Program-made: the position numbers and the translations under genes
Notes under the pieces: generated by a model
Databases searched by the model: none
What the model was told of the DNA's origin: nothing
The model's input: only the letters and a program-made list of their open reading frames with translations
In this document: in pieces, positions 55,296 through 64,000 of the stretch
How positions within the stretch are numbered: the first letter of the stretch is position 1
Layout of the letters: each line of letters begins with the position of its first letter
DNA from: Candidatus Eiseniibacteriota bacterium
GTDB taxonomy: Bacteria; Eisenbacteria; RBG-16-71-46
DNA: 64,000 bases
Assembly: GCA_963707915.1 (NCBI GenBank)
Contig: OY970178.1
Span: forward strand, 2,208,001-2,272,000
Reading direction: 5' to 3'

Positions 55296-56674
55296 TGGCG
55301 CGACGCGACGCGGCGCCCCGAGCTCCGGCGGCGGAGCCCCGTCGCAGCGGGGTGGAGCGAAGGGGCGGTCCTTTGGGAGGGGCGGTGGCGACGGGACCCG
55401 CGAGGATGGGGGCTCCGCCACCGGAGCCGGGCACCGCGCCAGGCGCAACGCCGAACCACACGCCGACCGCCGAGCCCGTCGTCCTGCACGTGGACATCGA
55501 CGCCTTCTTCGCGAGCGTCGAGCAGTGCCGCGACCCGCGGCTGCGGGGCCGGCCGGTCATCGTGGGCGCGGGGGTGATCGCCTCGTGCTCGTACGAGGCG
55601 CGGCGCTTCGGCCTCAAGGCCGGGATGACGCTCTCGGAGGCGAGACGCCTCTGCCCGCAGGCCGTCGTCATCGACGGCCACGCGCAGGTCTACCGCTGCT
55701 TCGCCGCGGAGGTCTTCGCGCGCTGCCGCGAGGTGGCGCCCGCCGTCGAGACCTATCTCGACGAGGCCTACTGCGACCTCTCCGGCACCGAGCGGCTGCA
55801 CGGCGACCTGCTCGAGGCCGCACGCCGGCTCAAGCAGGCGGTCCGCGACGCCACCGGCCTCACCGTGACCTGCGGGCTCGGCCCCAACCGCATGCTGGCG
55901 AAGCTCGCGGGCAAGGCCGCGAAACCCGACGGGCTGGCGCGCGTCACCGCCGCCGGGGCCGAGGCCTTCCTGCGCGACCTGCCGGTCGAGCAGGTCGCGG
56001 GCGTGGGCCGCGCGCACGCGAGGACGCTGCGCTCGATGAACGTGCGCACCGCGGGCGAGATGCGCGTGCTGCCGGTCGAGACGCTGGAGCGCCTGTTCGG
56101 CGCGCCCGGGCGGCTGCTCCACGAGCGCTGCCGCGGACGCGACACCGCCGTGGTGAACGAGCGCGAGGTGCCGCTCTCGATCTCGCGCGAGACGTCGTTC
56201 CACCGCGACACCGCCGATCCCCGCGAGATCGAGGGCATGCTCGAGTACCTCGCGGGACGGGCCTGCCGCACCGCGCGCGAACTGGGCGTGCGGCCGCGCA
56301 CCGTCGCGGTGCGCCTGCGCCACGCCGACGGCGAGTCCGCGGAGCGCGCGCGATCGCTGCCGCAGCCCTCGGACGCGGACCCCGTCGTGCTGGCGCTGGC
56401 GCTCGACACGCTGGCGCGGCTGTTCACGCGGCGCGTGGCGCTCCACCAGGTCGGCCTCGCGCTCTCGAACTTCGTGCGCGCGGGCGCCGAGCAGGGCGCG
56501 CTCTTCGAGGAGCGCGAGGCCGGGCGGCAGGCCGCGCTCTACCGCGCCTTCGACGGCGTGCGCGAATCGTTCGGCCACGGCGTGATCGTCTCCGGCCGCG
56601 CCCTTCACCTGAGGGGACGGCTCGAGGAGGACGAGCACGGCTTCGTGCTGCGCACGCCCTCGCTCACGAAGTGA
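55295..56674 (+). CDS. dinB: Y-family DNA polymerase IV (DinB-like)
   Basis: 'HVDIDAFFASVEQ', 'SYEARRFG', 'YLDEAY', 'AKLA..AAKPDG', clamp motif 'QGALF'; start uncertain (a later ATG at 55406 is in frame). Confidence 0.92.
   Translation: MARRDAAPRAPAAEPRRSGVERRGGPLGGAVATGPARMGAPPPEPGTAPGATPNHTPTAEPVVLHVDIDAFFASVEQCRDPRLRGRPVIVGAGVIASCSYEARRFGLKAGMTLSEARRLCPQAVVIDGHAQVYRCFAAEVFARCREVAPAVETYLDEAYCDLSGTERLHGDLLEAARRLKQAVRDATGLTVTCGLGPNRMLAKLAGKAAKPDGLARVTAAGAEAFLRDLPVEQVAGVGRAHARTLRSMNVRTAGEMRVLPVETLERLFGAPGRLLHERCRGRDTAVVNEREVPLSISRETSFHRDTADPREIEGMLEYLAGRACRTARELGVRPRTVAVRLRHADGESAERARSLPQPSDADPVVLALALDTLARLFTRRVALHQVGLALSNFVRAGAEQGALFEEREAGRQAALYRAFDGVRESFGHGVIVSGRALHLRGRLEEDEHGFVLRTPSLTK
55309..55438. 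repeat. Palindromic element in the 5' part of dinB
   Basis: gctccggcggcggagcccc (55322-55340) vs ggggctccgccaccggagc (55409-55427), 18/19; extendable with bulges. Confidence 0.8.
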
Positions 56675-56815
56675 CGGAGGGCCCGGGGCGTGACGGACGC
56701 CGGCGGCACCGGCGCCGGTGACCGGCGGGCCGGCGGGGCGGCATGCGCCCCGGGGCACGGAACGCGACCGGCGCGACGCCTCGTGGCGCCGCGCCGGCGG
56801 AATCGCACGCCCCGC

Positions 56816-57460
56816 CTACTTCACGTAGCGCCCCTTCACCGTGCCCCAGGTCGAGGGGACCACGGCGGTCACGGTGTCCGTGCTGGTCGCGGTGCCGGTG
56901 TACATCCAACTGTTGCCCGTGCCGCTGCCGTCGCTCGAGAGCCCGGCCATGTAGAACCCCACACCGGACGCCGCCGAGTTCGGAGCGGTCCAGTCGACCT
57001 GCCACTCGACCGGCGAGGCCGCCCCGGTCTTGACGCCGCCCGACGTCTGGTCCACGTAGCGGCGCGTGGAGAACGACCCGCTCCCGTTGACGATCTTGGT
57101 CGTGGCCGCGTCGACGAGCGTGAAGGTGCCGGTGCCGTTCCCCGTCGCCTTGTCCACCGCCGTGAGCTGGAAGCCCCAGACCGTGCTCGCCCCGAACGTG
57201 TGCGTCGTGGCGAGGTGCACCGTGATGCGGTAGGTCACGCCGCCGCGGAAGAGCGTCGGCACGCCCAGCGCGGTGATCGAGCCCGCGCCGTCGTCGATCG
57301 ACCCGTTGTGGCAGTCGCTGCAGAGGCCCTCGGCAGGCGCGGCGGCGATCGCCGGGGCGCCGGTCTTCGCGGCCGGCGCGCCGGTGGTCCGGGCGTAGGC
57401 GATGGCGGCCCAGGTGATGAGTACGACGACCGCTGCGAGGTGGTACCAACGACGGTTCAT
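56816..57460 (-). CDS. Secreted Reeler-like (choice-of-anchor V-like) protein with CxxCH and C-terminal TWGxVK motif
   Basis: Signal peptide, 'TGAP...CSDCH', 'WGFQLTA', 'W.VDWTAP', tail 'AVVPSTWGTVKGRYVK'; RBS AAGGAG. Confidence 0.75.
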   Translation of the reverse strand: MNRRWYHLAAVVVLITWAAIAYARTTGAPAAKTGAPAIAAAPAEGLCSDCHNGSIDDGAGSITALGVPTLFRGGVTYRITVHLATTHTFGASTVWGFQLTAVDKATGNGTGTFTLVDAATTKIVNGSGSFSTRRYVDQTSGGVKTGAASPVEWQVDWTAPNSAASGVGFYMAGLSSDGSGTGNSWMYTGTATSTDTVTAVVPSTWGTVKGRYVK

Positions 57461-57567
57461 TCGGTGTCTCCTTCACGGCTGAGTTCGGATCGGTCCTGCA
57501 AGCAGCGCCGCTGGGACGTTGGAGTCGTCCGCGGGCGCCGGGGATTCGGCCGAGAGCGGAAGCGGCC

Positions 57568-60500
57568 GTGACCTTCGTCCCGCTGCGCGTGCGCTCGCAC
57601 GGCTCGCTGCTCGAGGGCACCGCGTCGCCGCGGTCGCTGGTCGAGCGGGCTCTGGCGCTCGGCTACGACGCGCTGGCGCTCACGGACCGCGACAACCTCT
57701 ACCTCGCCATGGCGTTCCGCCACGCGGCACGCGCCGAGGGGCTCGCGCCGCTGCTCGGCGCGGAGGTGACGTTGCGCGCGGCGGAGCCCGCTTCCCCGCG
57801 GCGCCGTCCCGGCGCCCTGCTGATCGCGCTCGACCGGCGCGGCTACGCCAACCTCTGCGCCGTGCTCACGGCGCGACAGCTCGACGCGGACTTCGACCTC
57901 GTCCGCTCGCTCGCGGGGTGGCACGCCGGGCTGCACGTCGTCGTCGAGTCGCCGGGCCTCGCCGCCGCGCTGCTGGCGGCCGGGGTGCCGGCTGCCGTCG
58001 GGGTGCGCCCCGGGCCGTCGCGGCCGCGCGCGGGTGCGGGCGGGCTGTGGCTGGGCGTGCGCGGGATCGCCGCCGAGCGCGGGCCCGCGAGCGCGTGCCC
58101 CCTGCGCGAGCGCATCGCGGCCGCGCGGCGGTCGGGCGTGCCGCTGGTCGCGACGGGGGACGTCGTGATGCTCGAGCCGGGGGACTGGGACGTCCACCGC
58201 GTCGCCGTGACCGCGGCCGCGGGCGGGTTGCTCGAGCGCATGCCACCCGGCGCGTTCGCCGCGCGCGAGGCCTGGCTCGCCGGCCCCGACGAGTGGACGC
58301 GGCGCGTGCGCGCGACCTGCGCGGCCGCCGGGGTGCCCGAAGCCGCCGACGAGGCGCTCGCCAACAACGCCGCGCTCGCCGCCCGCTGCCGCCTGGAGAT
58401 CGAGACCGGGGTGCCGATCCTTCCGAGCGCGCCGCTGCCCGGGGCGCACGCCGGGCCCGGGTCGGAGTCCGGGCCCGCGTGGCTGCGACGCCAGGCCGAG
58501 GCCGGGCTCGCCCGCCGGTACGACCGCGCCGGCATCCCGCCGGCCCGCGCGCGGCTGGACGAGGAACTGGCGATCATCGAGCGGCTCGGCTTCACCGGCT
58601 ACTTCCTGGTGGTCGCCGAGATCGTCGCGTTCGCCCGCGCGCGCGGCATCCCCACCGTCGGCCGCGGCTCGGGCGCCTCCTCGATCGTCTCGTACGCGCT
58701 CGGCATCACCAACGTGGATCCGCTGCGCCACGGGTTGTGCTTCGAGCGCTTCCTGCACCCGCAACGGCGCGACTGTCCCGACCTCGACATCGACCTGTGC
58801 TGGCAGCGGCGCGAGGAGGTCATCGCGCACGTCTACGAGACCTACGGCCGCGACCGCGTCGCCATGATCTCGACCCACGCCACGCTCGGCGCGCGCTCGG
58901 CCTTCCGCGAGACCGCGAAGGCCCTGGGCGTGGCGAACGCCCGCGTCAACGCCCTCGCCCGGCGCATCCCGCGCGAGCTCGCGGCGCCCGATCTCGAGCG
59001 ACTCGAGCGCCTTCCCGACGCGGGCGGCATCGACTGGCGCGAGCCGCCGCTCGGCGAGGCGCTGCGCCTCGCCGGCCGCCTCGCCGGCGCGCCGCGCCAC
59101 CTGTCCGTGCACTGCGGCGGCATCGTCGTCGCCGACCGGCCGCTCACCTGGTACGTGCCGCTCGAGCGCGCCCGGGGCGCCCGGCGGTCGGTGACCGCCG
59201 GGTCGGACGTGGTCGTGACGCAGTTCGAGATGCGCGCCGTCGAGCAGATCGGGCTGGTCAAGCTGGACCTGCTCGGCAACCGCGCGCTCAGCACCATCGG
59301 CGAGTGCGTGACGCTCGCGCGGCGGCACGAGCCGCCGGGGGCGCCCGCGGGAGCCGCGCCGGTGCCCGACCCCGACCTCGTTCCCGAGGACGATCCCGCC
59401 ACCGCGGCACGCGTCGCGGCGGGCGACACGCTCAACTGCTTCCAGCTCGAGTCGCCCGCCATGCGCCACCTGCTGCGCATGCTGCGCGCGAGCACACTCG
59501 CGGAGACCATCGCCGCGGTGGCGCTGGTGCGGCCGGGACCCGCGGAGTCCGGCATGAAGGAGGCGTTCTGCCGGCGGCACCGCGGGCTCGAGCCCGCCAC
59601 CTTCCACCACCCCGACCTCGTCCCCGTGCTGGACGCCACGCACGGCGTGATGCTCTACGAGGAGGACGTGATGCGCGTGGCGGCCGCGCTCGCCGGGCTC
59701 TCGCTCGCCGAGGGCGACGACCTGCGCCGCGCGCTCGCGGCCGCGCGCGACGACGAGGAGTTCCGTTCGCTCGAGCGCGGCTTCGTCGCCGCCTGCGCGC
59801 ACCGCGGCGTGGCGGACGGCGCCGCGCGCGCCGTCTGGCGCGATCTCGTCCGCTTCGCCGCCTACGCCTTCTGCAAGGCGCACGCCGCCGGCTACGGTGC
59901 GCTGGGATGGCAGAGCGCGTACTTCAAGACGCACTTCCCCGCCGAGTGGGCGGTCGGGATCCTGAACCACCACGCCGGCATGTACGCCACCTGGGTCCAC
60001 GTCGAAGACCTGCGGCGGTCCGGCGTCCGCTTCCTCCCGCCCTGCGTGAACCACTCGGAGTGGGCCACGACGCTGGAGACGGAAGAGGGGCAGGGTCCGG
60101 GGGCTGGGGAGCTCCGCGGGCACGTTCGCCTCCGCGATCCCGCTTCGGCTCACTCTTCCTCGGCGGGCTCCGCCATCCTGGCTCCGCCCGCCTGCGGGCG
60201 ACCTCGCGGAACTCCCCAGCCCCCGAACCCTGCTGTGTCACAACCGGCCCCGGACCCGGCGGTCCCACATCAGGCCGCCGTCCGTGTCGGGCTCGGGCGC
60301 GTGTTCGGGCTCGCGGAGGTGACCGGCGGGCGCATCGTGGGCGCGCGCGCCGCGCGACCGTTCCGCGGGCTCGCCGACCTCGTGGACCGCGCGCGTCCCA
60401 CGCTGCCGGAGTTGGAGTCGCTCGTGCTCGCCGGCGCGCTCGACTTCACCGGGCGCACGCGGCCCTCGCTGCTGCTCGAGGCGCGGCTCGGCGGGGCGAC

Positions 60501-61011
60501 CGGACGCCGGCAGGACGCCCGCGCACCGGCGCTCGTCGCGCCCGACGGCACGGACCTCGCGCCGGAGCCGGTCTCCCCCGTGGCGGCGCCCGACCTGCCC
60601 GAGTTCGACCTCGCCGAACGCGTGCGCGGCGAGTGCCGCGCGACCGGGTTGTGGTTCAGCGCGCACCCGCTGAACGTGCGGGTCGGGGCCGACGCGCCGG
60701 GCGCGTGCCCGGCGCCGGCGGACGGGGCCGGGGTCGTGCGCTGCGCGGACGTCCCCGCGCACGCCGGCCGGCGCGTGGCGATCGTCGGGATGCCGTGCGC
60801 CTACCGCCGCGTCGAGACCAAGAGCGGCGGCAGGATGCTGTTCCTCACCCTCGCGGACCGGAGCGGCCTCGCCGAGTGCGTGCTCTTCCCCGACGCGTTC
60901 CGCGCGCACGCGCAGGCCGTGCGGGGCCAGGTCGTGCGGGTCGAGGGACGCGTGGACCGGGCGCTGGACGCGGTCACGCTCGTGGTGGAGCGCGCCGCGG
61001 CGCTGGCGTAG
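57568..61011 (+). CDS. dnaE2: C-family DNA polymerase III alpha, error-prone DnaE2-like
   Basis: PHP domain lacking the HxH ligands ('LRVRSHGSLLEG'); 'GRGSGASS', 'FERFL', 'PDLDID', 'KLDLLG', 'YAFCKAHA'; ends after the OB fold. Confidence 0.85.
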   Translation: MTFVPLRVRSHGSLLEGTASPRSLVERALALGYDALALTDRDNLYLAMAFRHAARAEGLAPLLGAEVTLRAAEPASPRRRPGALLIALDRRGYANLCAVLTARQLDADFDLVRSLAGWHAGLHVVVESPGLAAALLAAGVPAAVGVRPGPSRPRAGAGGLWLGVRGIAAERGPASACPLRERIAAARRSGVPLVATGDVVMLEPGDWDVHRVAVTAAAGGLLERMPPGAFAAREAWLAGPDEWTRRVRATCAAAGVPEAADEALANNAALAARCRLEIETGVPILPSAPLPGAHAGPGSESGPAWLRRQAEAGLARRYDRAGIPPARARLDEELAIIERLGFTGYFLVVAEIVAFARARGIPTVGRGSGASSIVSYALGITNVDPLRHGLCFERFLHPQRRDCPDLDIDLCWQRREEVIAHVYETYGRDRVAMISTHATLGARSAFRETAKALGVANARVNALARRIPRELAAPDLERLERLPDAGGIDWREPPLGEALRLAGRLAGAPRHLSVHCGGIVVADRPLTWYVPLERARGARRSVTAGSDVVVTQFEMRAVEQIGLVKLDLLGNRALSTIGECVTLARRHEPPGAPAGAAPVPDPDLVPEDDPATAARVAAGDTLNCFQLESPAMRHLLRMLRASTLAETIAAVALVRPGPAESGMKEAFCRRHRGLEPATFHHPDLVPVLDATHGVMLYEEDVMRVAAALAGLSLAEGDDLRRALAAARDDEEFRSLERGFVAACAHRGVADGAARAVWRDLVRFAAYAFCKAHAAGYGALGWQSAYFKTHFPAEWAVGILNHHAGMYATWVHVEDLRRSGVRFLPPCVNHSEWATTLETEEGQGPGAGELRGHVRLRDPASAHSSSAGSAILAPPACGRPRGTPQPPNPAVSQPAPDPAVPHQAAVRVGLGRVFGLAEVTGGRIVGARAARPFRGLADLVDRARPTLPELESLVLAGALDFTGRTRPSLLLEARLGGATGRRQDARAPALVAPDGTDLAPEPVSPVAAPDLPEFDLAERVRGECRATGLWFSAHPLNVRVGADAPGACPAPADGAGVVRCADVPAHAGRRVAIVGMPCAYRRVETKSGGRMLFLTLADRSGLAECVLFPDAFRAHAQAVRGQVVRVEGRVDRALDAVTLVVERAAALA
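60090..60233. repeat. 144-bp palindromic (MITE/REP-like) element in frame inside dnaE2
   Basis: 29-bp terminal inverted repeats, 27/29 match (60090-60118 and 60205-60233). Confidence 0.88.
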
Positions 61012-61057
61012 GCTCCCGGGGAGAAGCCACGCGTCCGACACGCGCCCGGGAGGGACC

Positions 61058-62032
61058 ATGAGAGCCATCCGCTTCCACGAATTCGGCGGCCCCGACGTCT
61101 ACCGCTACGAGGAGGTCCCCGAGCCCGCGCCGGGCGCGGGACAGGCGCTGGTCGCGGTCGAGGCGGCCGGCGTGAACTTCATCGAGGTCTACCAGCGCAC
61201 CGGGCTCTACCCCGTCGCCCTGCCCGCCACCCCCGGGTCCGAGGCCGCGGGCACGATCGTCGCCGTCGGTCCCGGCGTGGAGGAGTTCCGGGCGGGGGAC
61301 CGCGTGGCCTGGCAGGGCGGCTCCGGGGCCTACGCCGAGCGCGCGGCCGCGCCGGTCGAGCGGCTCGTGCGCCTGCCCGCGGAAGTGAGCGCGCGGCAGG
61401 GCGCCGCCGCGATGCTCCAGGGCATGACCGCGCACTACCTCGCCGGCGCGACGGTCCCGCTCGGGCCCGGCGATGCATGCCTGGTGCACGCGGCGGCGGG
61501 CGGGGTGGGGCGGCTGCTCTGCCAGATCGCGAAGCGGCGCGGCGCGCGCGTGATCGGCACCGTGTCCACGCCGGAGAAGGCCGCGCTCGCGCGCGAGGCG
61601 GGCGCGGACGACGTCATCCTCTACGCCGAACAGGACTTCGAGGCCGAGGTGGGCCGCCTCACCGGCGGCGCGGGCGTGCGGGCGGTGTACGACTCGGTGG
61701 GCCGCACCACGTTCGAGCGCAGCCTGCGCTGCCTCGCCCCGCGCGGGACGATGGTGCTGTTCGGGCAGTCGAGCGGACCGGTCGAAGCGTTCGACCCGCA
61801 GGTGCTGAACCAGCGCGGCTCGATCTTCCTCACCCGGCCCTCGCTCGGGCACTACACGGCGACGCGGGCCGAGTTCCTCGCGCGTGCGAACGAGGTGCTG
61901 GCCTGGGTGCGCGACGGCACGCTGCGGCTGCGCATCGGGCGGGAGTTCCCGCTATCGCAGGCGGCCGAGGCGCACCGCCAGCTGCAGGGCCGTGCGACCG
62001 CCGGCAAGCTGCTGCTCATCCCGGGGACGTAG
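61058..62032 (+). CDS. qor: NADPH:quinone oxidoreductase
   Basis: 'GVNFIE..QRTGLY', 'MLQGMTAHYL', 'HAAAGGVG', 'YDSVG', 'GQSSG', 'GSIFLTRPSL'. Confidence 0.92.
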   Translation: MRAIRFHEFGGPDVYRYEEVPEPAPGAGQALVAVEAAGVNFIEVYQRTGLYPVALPATPGSEAAGTIVAVGPGVEEFRAGDRVAWQGGSGAYAERAAAPVERLVRLPAEVSARQGAAAMLQGMTAHYLAGATVPLGPGDACLVHAAAGGVGRLLCQIAKRRGARVIGTVSTPEKAALAREAGADDVILYAEQDFEAEVGRLTGGAGVRAVYDSVGRTTFERSLRCLAPRGTMVLFGQSSGPVEAFDPQVLNQRGSIFLTRPSLGHYTATRAEFLARANEVLAWVRDGTLRLRIGREFPLSQAAEAHRQLQGRATAGKLLLIPGT

Positions 62033-62151
62033 CGCGACCGACACGCGCGCCGGGCCGGCCAGGGCCGCTCATGGCCACGCCCGCGTCGGCGGGCCATGGG
62101 GCGGCCCGGTCAGATCCCCCCGCCCGGCGTCGGATCGCGGGCCCGCTCCCG

Positions 62152-63375
62152 CTACTCGTACCGCAGCGCCTCGATCGGGTCGAGCGAAGCCGCGCGCCGC
62201 GCCGGCCAGACGCCGAAGACGATGCCCACTGCGAACGAGAACACGAAGGCGACCAGCACCGAGGAAAGCCCCACCGCGGTGTTCCAGTGGAAGACGGTCC
62301 GCAGCAGCACCGCCCCGCCGGCGCCCAGCGTGACGCCGATGACGCCGCCCAGCAGGCAGAGCACGATGGCCTCGACCAGGAACTGCAGCAGGATGTCCGG
62401 ACGGGTGGCGCCGAGGGCCTTGCGCACGCCGATCTCCCGCGTCCGCTCGGTCACCGACACCAGCATGATGTTCATGATCCCGATGCCGCCCACCAGCAGG
62501 CTCACCGCGGCGATCCCGGCGAGCAGGAGGGTGAACACCTTCGTCGTCTCCCCCAGCGTGTTGAGGAAGTCCGACTGGTTGCGGATGTTGAAGTCGTCCG
62601 CCTGCCCCGGCCGCAGCCGGTGCTGGCGGCGCAGGATCTTCTGGATCTCGGCCATCGCGACCGGGATGTCCTTCTCGGTCGGGGCCAGCACGTTGATGGT
62701 GCGGATGCGGTCGCCCCCCACCAGCCGGTAGCGCGCGGTCTGGATGGGCACCAGCACCTGGTCGTCCGGGTTCGAGAAACCCCCGCCCTGCCCCTTCGAG
62801 GCGAGCACGCCGACCACGGTGAACTGGACGCTGTTGATCCGGACCTCGGCGCCGACCAGGGCCTCCGCGTTCGGCGCCCCGAGATCTTCGAGAACCTGGG
62901 AGCCGAGCACCACGACGCGGCGCTTGCCGGCGTCCTCGGCGGACGAGAACATCCGCCCGGCCGCGATGGTGAACTTCCGCACCTCGGCGTAGTTCGCCGT
63001 CGTGCCGGTCACGGTCGTGTTGGTGTTCTGGTCGCGGTACTGCACCTGGAGCTGCCGCGCCATCTCGGGCTGCACCGCGGCGACGGTGACGGCGAGGTTC
63101 TCGAGCGCCCGGGCATCGTCCAGCGTGAGCGGGGCGCGGTCCGACGACGAGGCGACCCCGCCGGGGACCCGGGCCTGGCCGGGCATCACGGTCAGCAGCG
63201 TGGTGCCCAGCGCGGCGATGCGCTCGTTCACCGACTGCTGCGCGCCGCGCCCCAGGGCGACCATGGCGATGACGGCGGCGACGCCGATCACGATGCCCAG
63301 CATGGTGAGGAACGAACGCAGCTTGTTGGCCCCGAGCGCCTCCAGGGCCACGCTGGTGGTCTCGCCGAAGAGCAT
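62152..63375 (-). CDS. MacB/FtsX-type ABC transporter permease
   Basis: 'NKLRSFLTMLGIVIGV', 'VGGIGIMNIMLVSVTERTREIG', 'PIEALRYE'. Confidence 0.95.
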   Translation of the reverse strand: MLFGETTSVALEALGANKLRSFLTMLGIVIGVAAVIAMVALGRGAQQSVNERIAALGTTLLTVMPGQARVPGGVASSSDRAPLTLDDARALENLAVTVAAVQPEMARQLQVQYRDQNTNTTVTGTTANYAEVRKFTIAAGRMFSSAEDAGKRRVVVLGSQVLEDLGAPNAEALVGAEVRINSVQFTVVGVLASKGQGGGFSNPDDQVLVPIQTARYRLVGGDRIRTINVLAPTEKDIPVAMAEIQKILRRQHRLRPGQADDFNIRNQSDFLNTLGETTKVFTLLLAGIAAVSLLVGGIGIMNIMLVSVTERTREIGVRKALGATRPDILLQFLVEAIVLCLLGGVIGVTLGAGGAVLLRTVFHWNTAVGLSSVLVAFVFSFAVGIVFGVWPARRAASLDPIEALRYE

Positions 63376-63376
63376 G

Positions 63377-64000
63377 TCAGTGTCCTCCGCCGGCTCCGCG
63401 GCCGCCCCCGGACGGTGCGCTGCCCACGCCCGGCATGCCGCTGCCCATGCGCTGCCTCAGCTGCGCCTGGTCGCTCTGCCGCTTCGCCTGCACCGCCGCC
63501 ACGCTGAGCAGCGCCACCTGGTCACCCTCCTTCAGGCCGTCGAGCACCTCGGAGTAGTCGAAGTCGCTGATGCCGATGCGCACGACCCGGGGCTCGAGCC
63601 CGGTGGCGGTCTTCAGGAGCACGACCTGGGCCTGGCCCGCGCGACCACCGCCCGTGCTCCCGTTGCGCGACGTCCCCGGCCCGCCCCCGGCCGCGTTCCC
63701 GCTCCAGGCGCCCCGGCCGCGCCGGGAACCCCGCGCGTGCGCGGAATCGCCGCGGGAGCCAATGGCCGACCCGAGCCGCGTCGAGTCGCCGCGGAGACGC
63801 TGGCGCTCGAGCGCGCGGTCGGCGACCTGCCGCTGGACCTGCGCCTGGAGCGAGTCGGGGATCAGCCCGAGCCCCGGCGCCAGGGCGGGCAACTCACGCG
63901 CGCTGCGCACCGCGTCGAGCGGCACGGCCAGCACGCCGGTCCGGCTCGAGATGGAGATCGTGACCTCTCCGTTCATGCCGGGGAGCAGCAGGCCGTTCTC
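63377..64000 (-). CDS. Periplasmic adaptor (MacA/HlyD-like), 5' end outside the window
   Basis: 'LLPGMNGEV.I......VLAVP..AV', 'V.IGISDFDYSEVLDGLKEGDQV'; directly upstream of the permease. Confidence 0.85.
   Translation of the reverse strand, partial: ENGLLLPGMNGEVTISISSRTGVLAVPLDAVRSARELPALAPGLGLIPDSLQAQVQRQVADRALERQRLRGDSTRLGSAIGSRGDSAHARGSRRGRGAWSGNAAGGGPGTSRNGSTGGGRAGQAQVVLLKTATGLEPRVVRIGISDFDYSEVLDGLKEGDQVALLSVAAVQAKRQSDQAQLRQRMGSGMPGVGSAPSGGGRGAGGGH

Noticed and set aside
57260..57330. CxxCH in the Reeler-like protein as proof of a c-type cytochrome
   Set aside because: Single motif in a beta-rich secreted domain with no supporting cytochrome context; cannot be decided from sequence
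60079..60276. DnaE insertion as an intein
   Set aside because: Too short, no N-terminal Cys/Ser block or terminal His-Asn, and not at the usual DnaE intein site
1..64000. rRNA, tRNA, integrase, transposase, prophage or defence genes
   Set aside because: No recognisable signatures; nearly all sequence is explained by the listed CDS

Overview
Very GC-rich (roughly 75% by eye), gene-dense bacterial chromosomal segment with about 54 CDS and no rRNA, tRNA, CRISPR array or transposase. Secreted proteins ending in FlgD-Ig/T9SS-CTD-like domains or a 'TWGxVK' tail suggest an FCB-related candidate phylum such as Ca. Eisenbacteria (inference). Main blocks: TPAT-type TRAP transporter (partial); Mg-chelatase-like AAA+/vWA pair; a translationally coupled pyrC-E-F-B-I-D-K operon with a ~295 nt leader; glcD/glcE and a distant glcF; a secreted Bcp-MsrB fusion; a degenerate ArnT-like protein; a frameshifted metallophosphoesterase; tadE-tadE-tadG; a deoxyhypusine synthase-like gene; ycaQ; HU; a GAF-PAS operon; ABC transporters; prolyl oligopeptidase; ada/alkA-ogt; and a damage-tolerance cluster. 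Best candidates for new biology: (1) an ImuA/ImuB-free mutagenesis cassette (84-aa protein + catalytically intact DinB + DnaE2-like polymerase) behind a sigma70 promoter whose spacer is a perfect TGCAC-N4-GTGCA palindrome (candidate LexA box); (2) long palindromic elements lying in frame inside both polymerase genes; (3) a repeated sigma28-like promoter before the Tad pseudopilins, the GAF-PAS operon and possibly a hydrolase; (4) repeated leaderless-mRNA architecture. All family calls come from motif recognition, not database searches.
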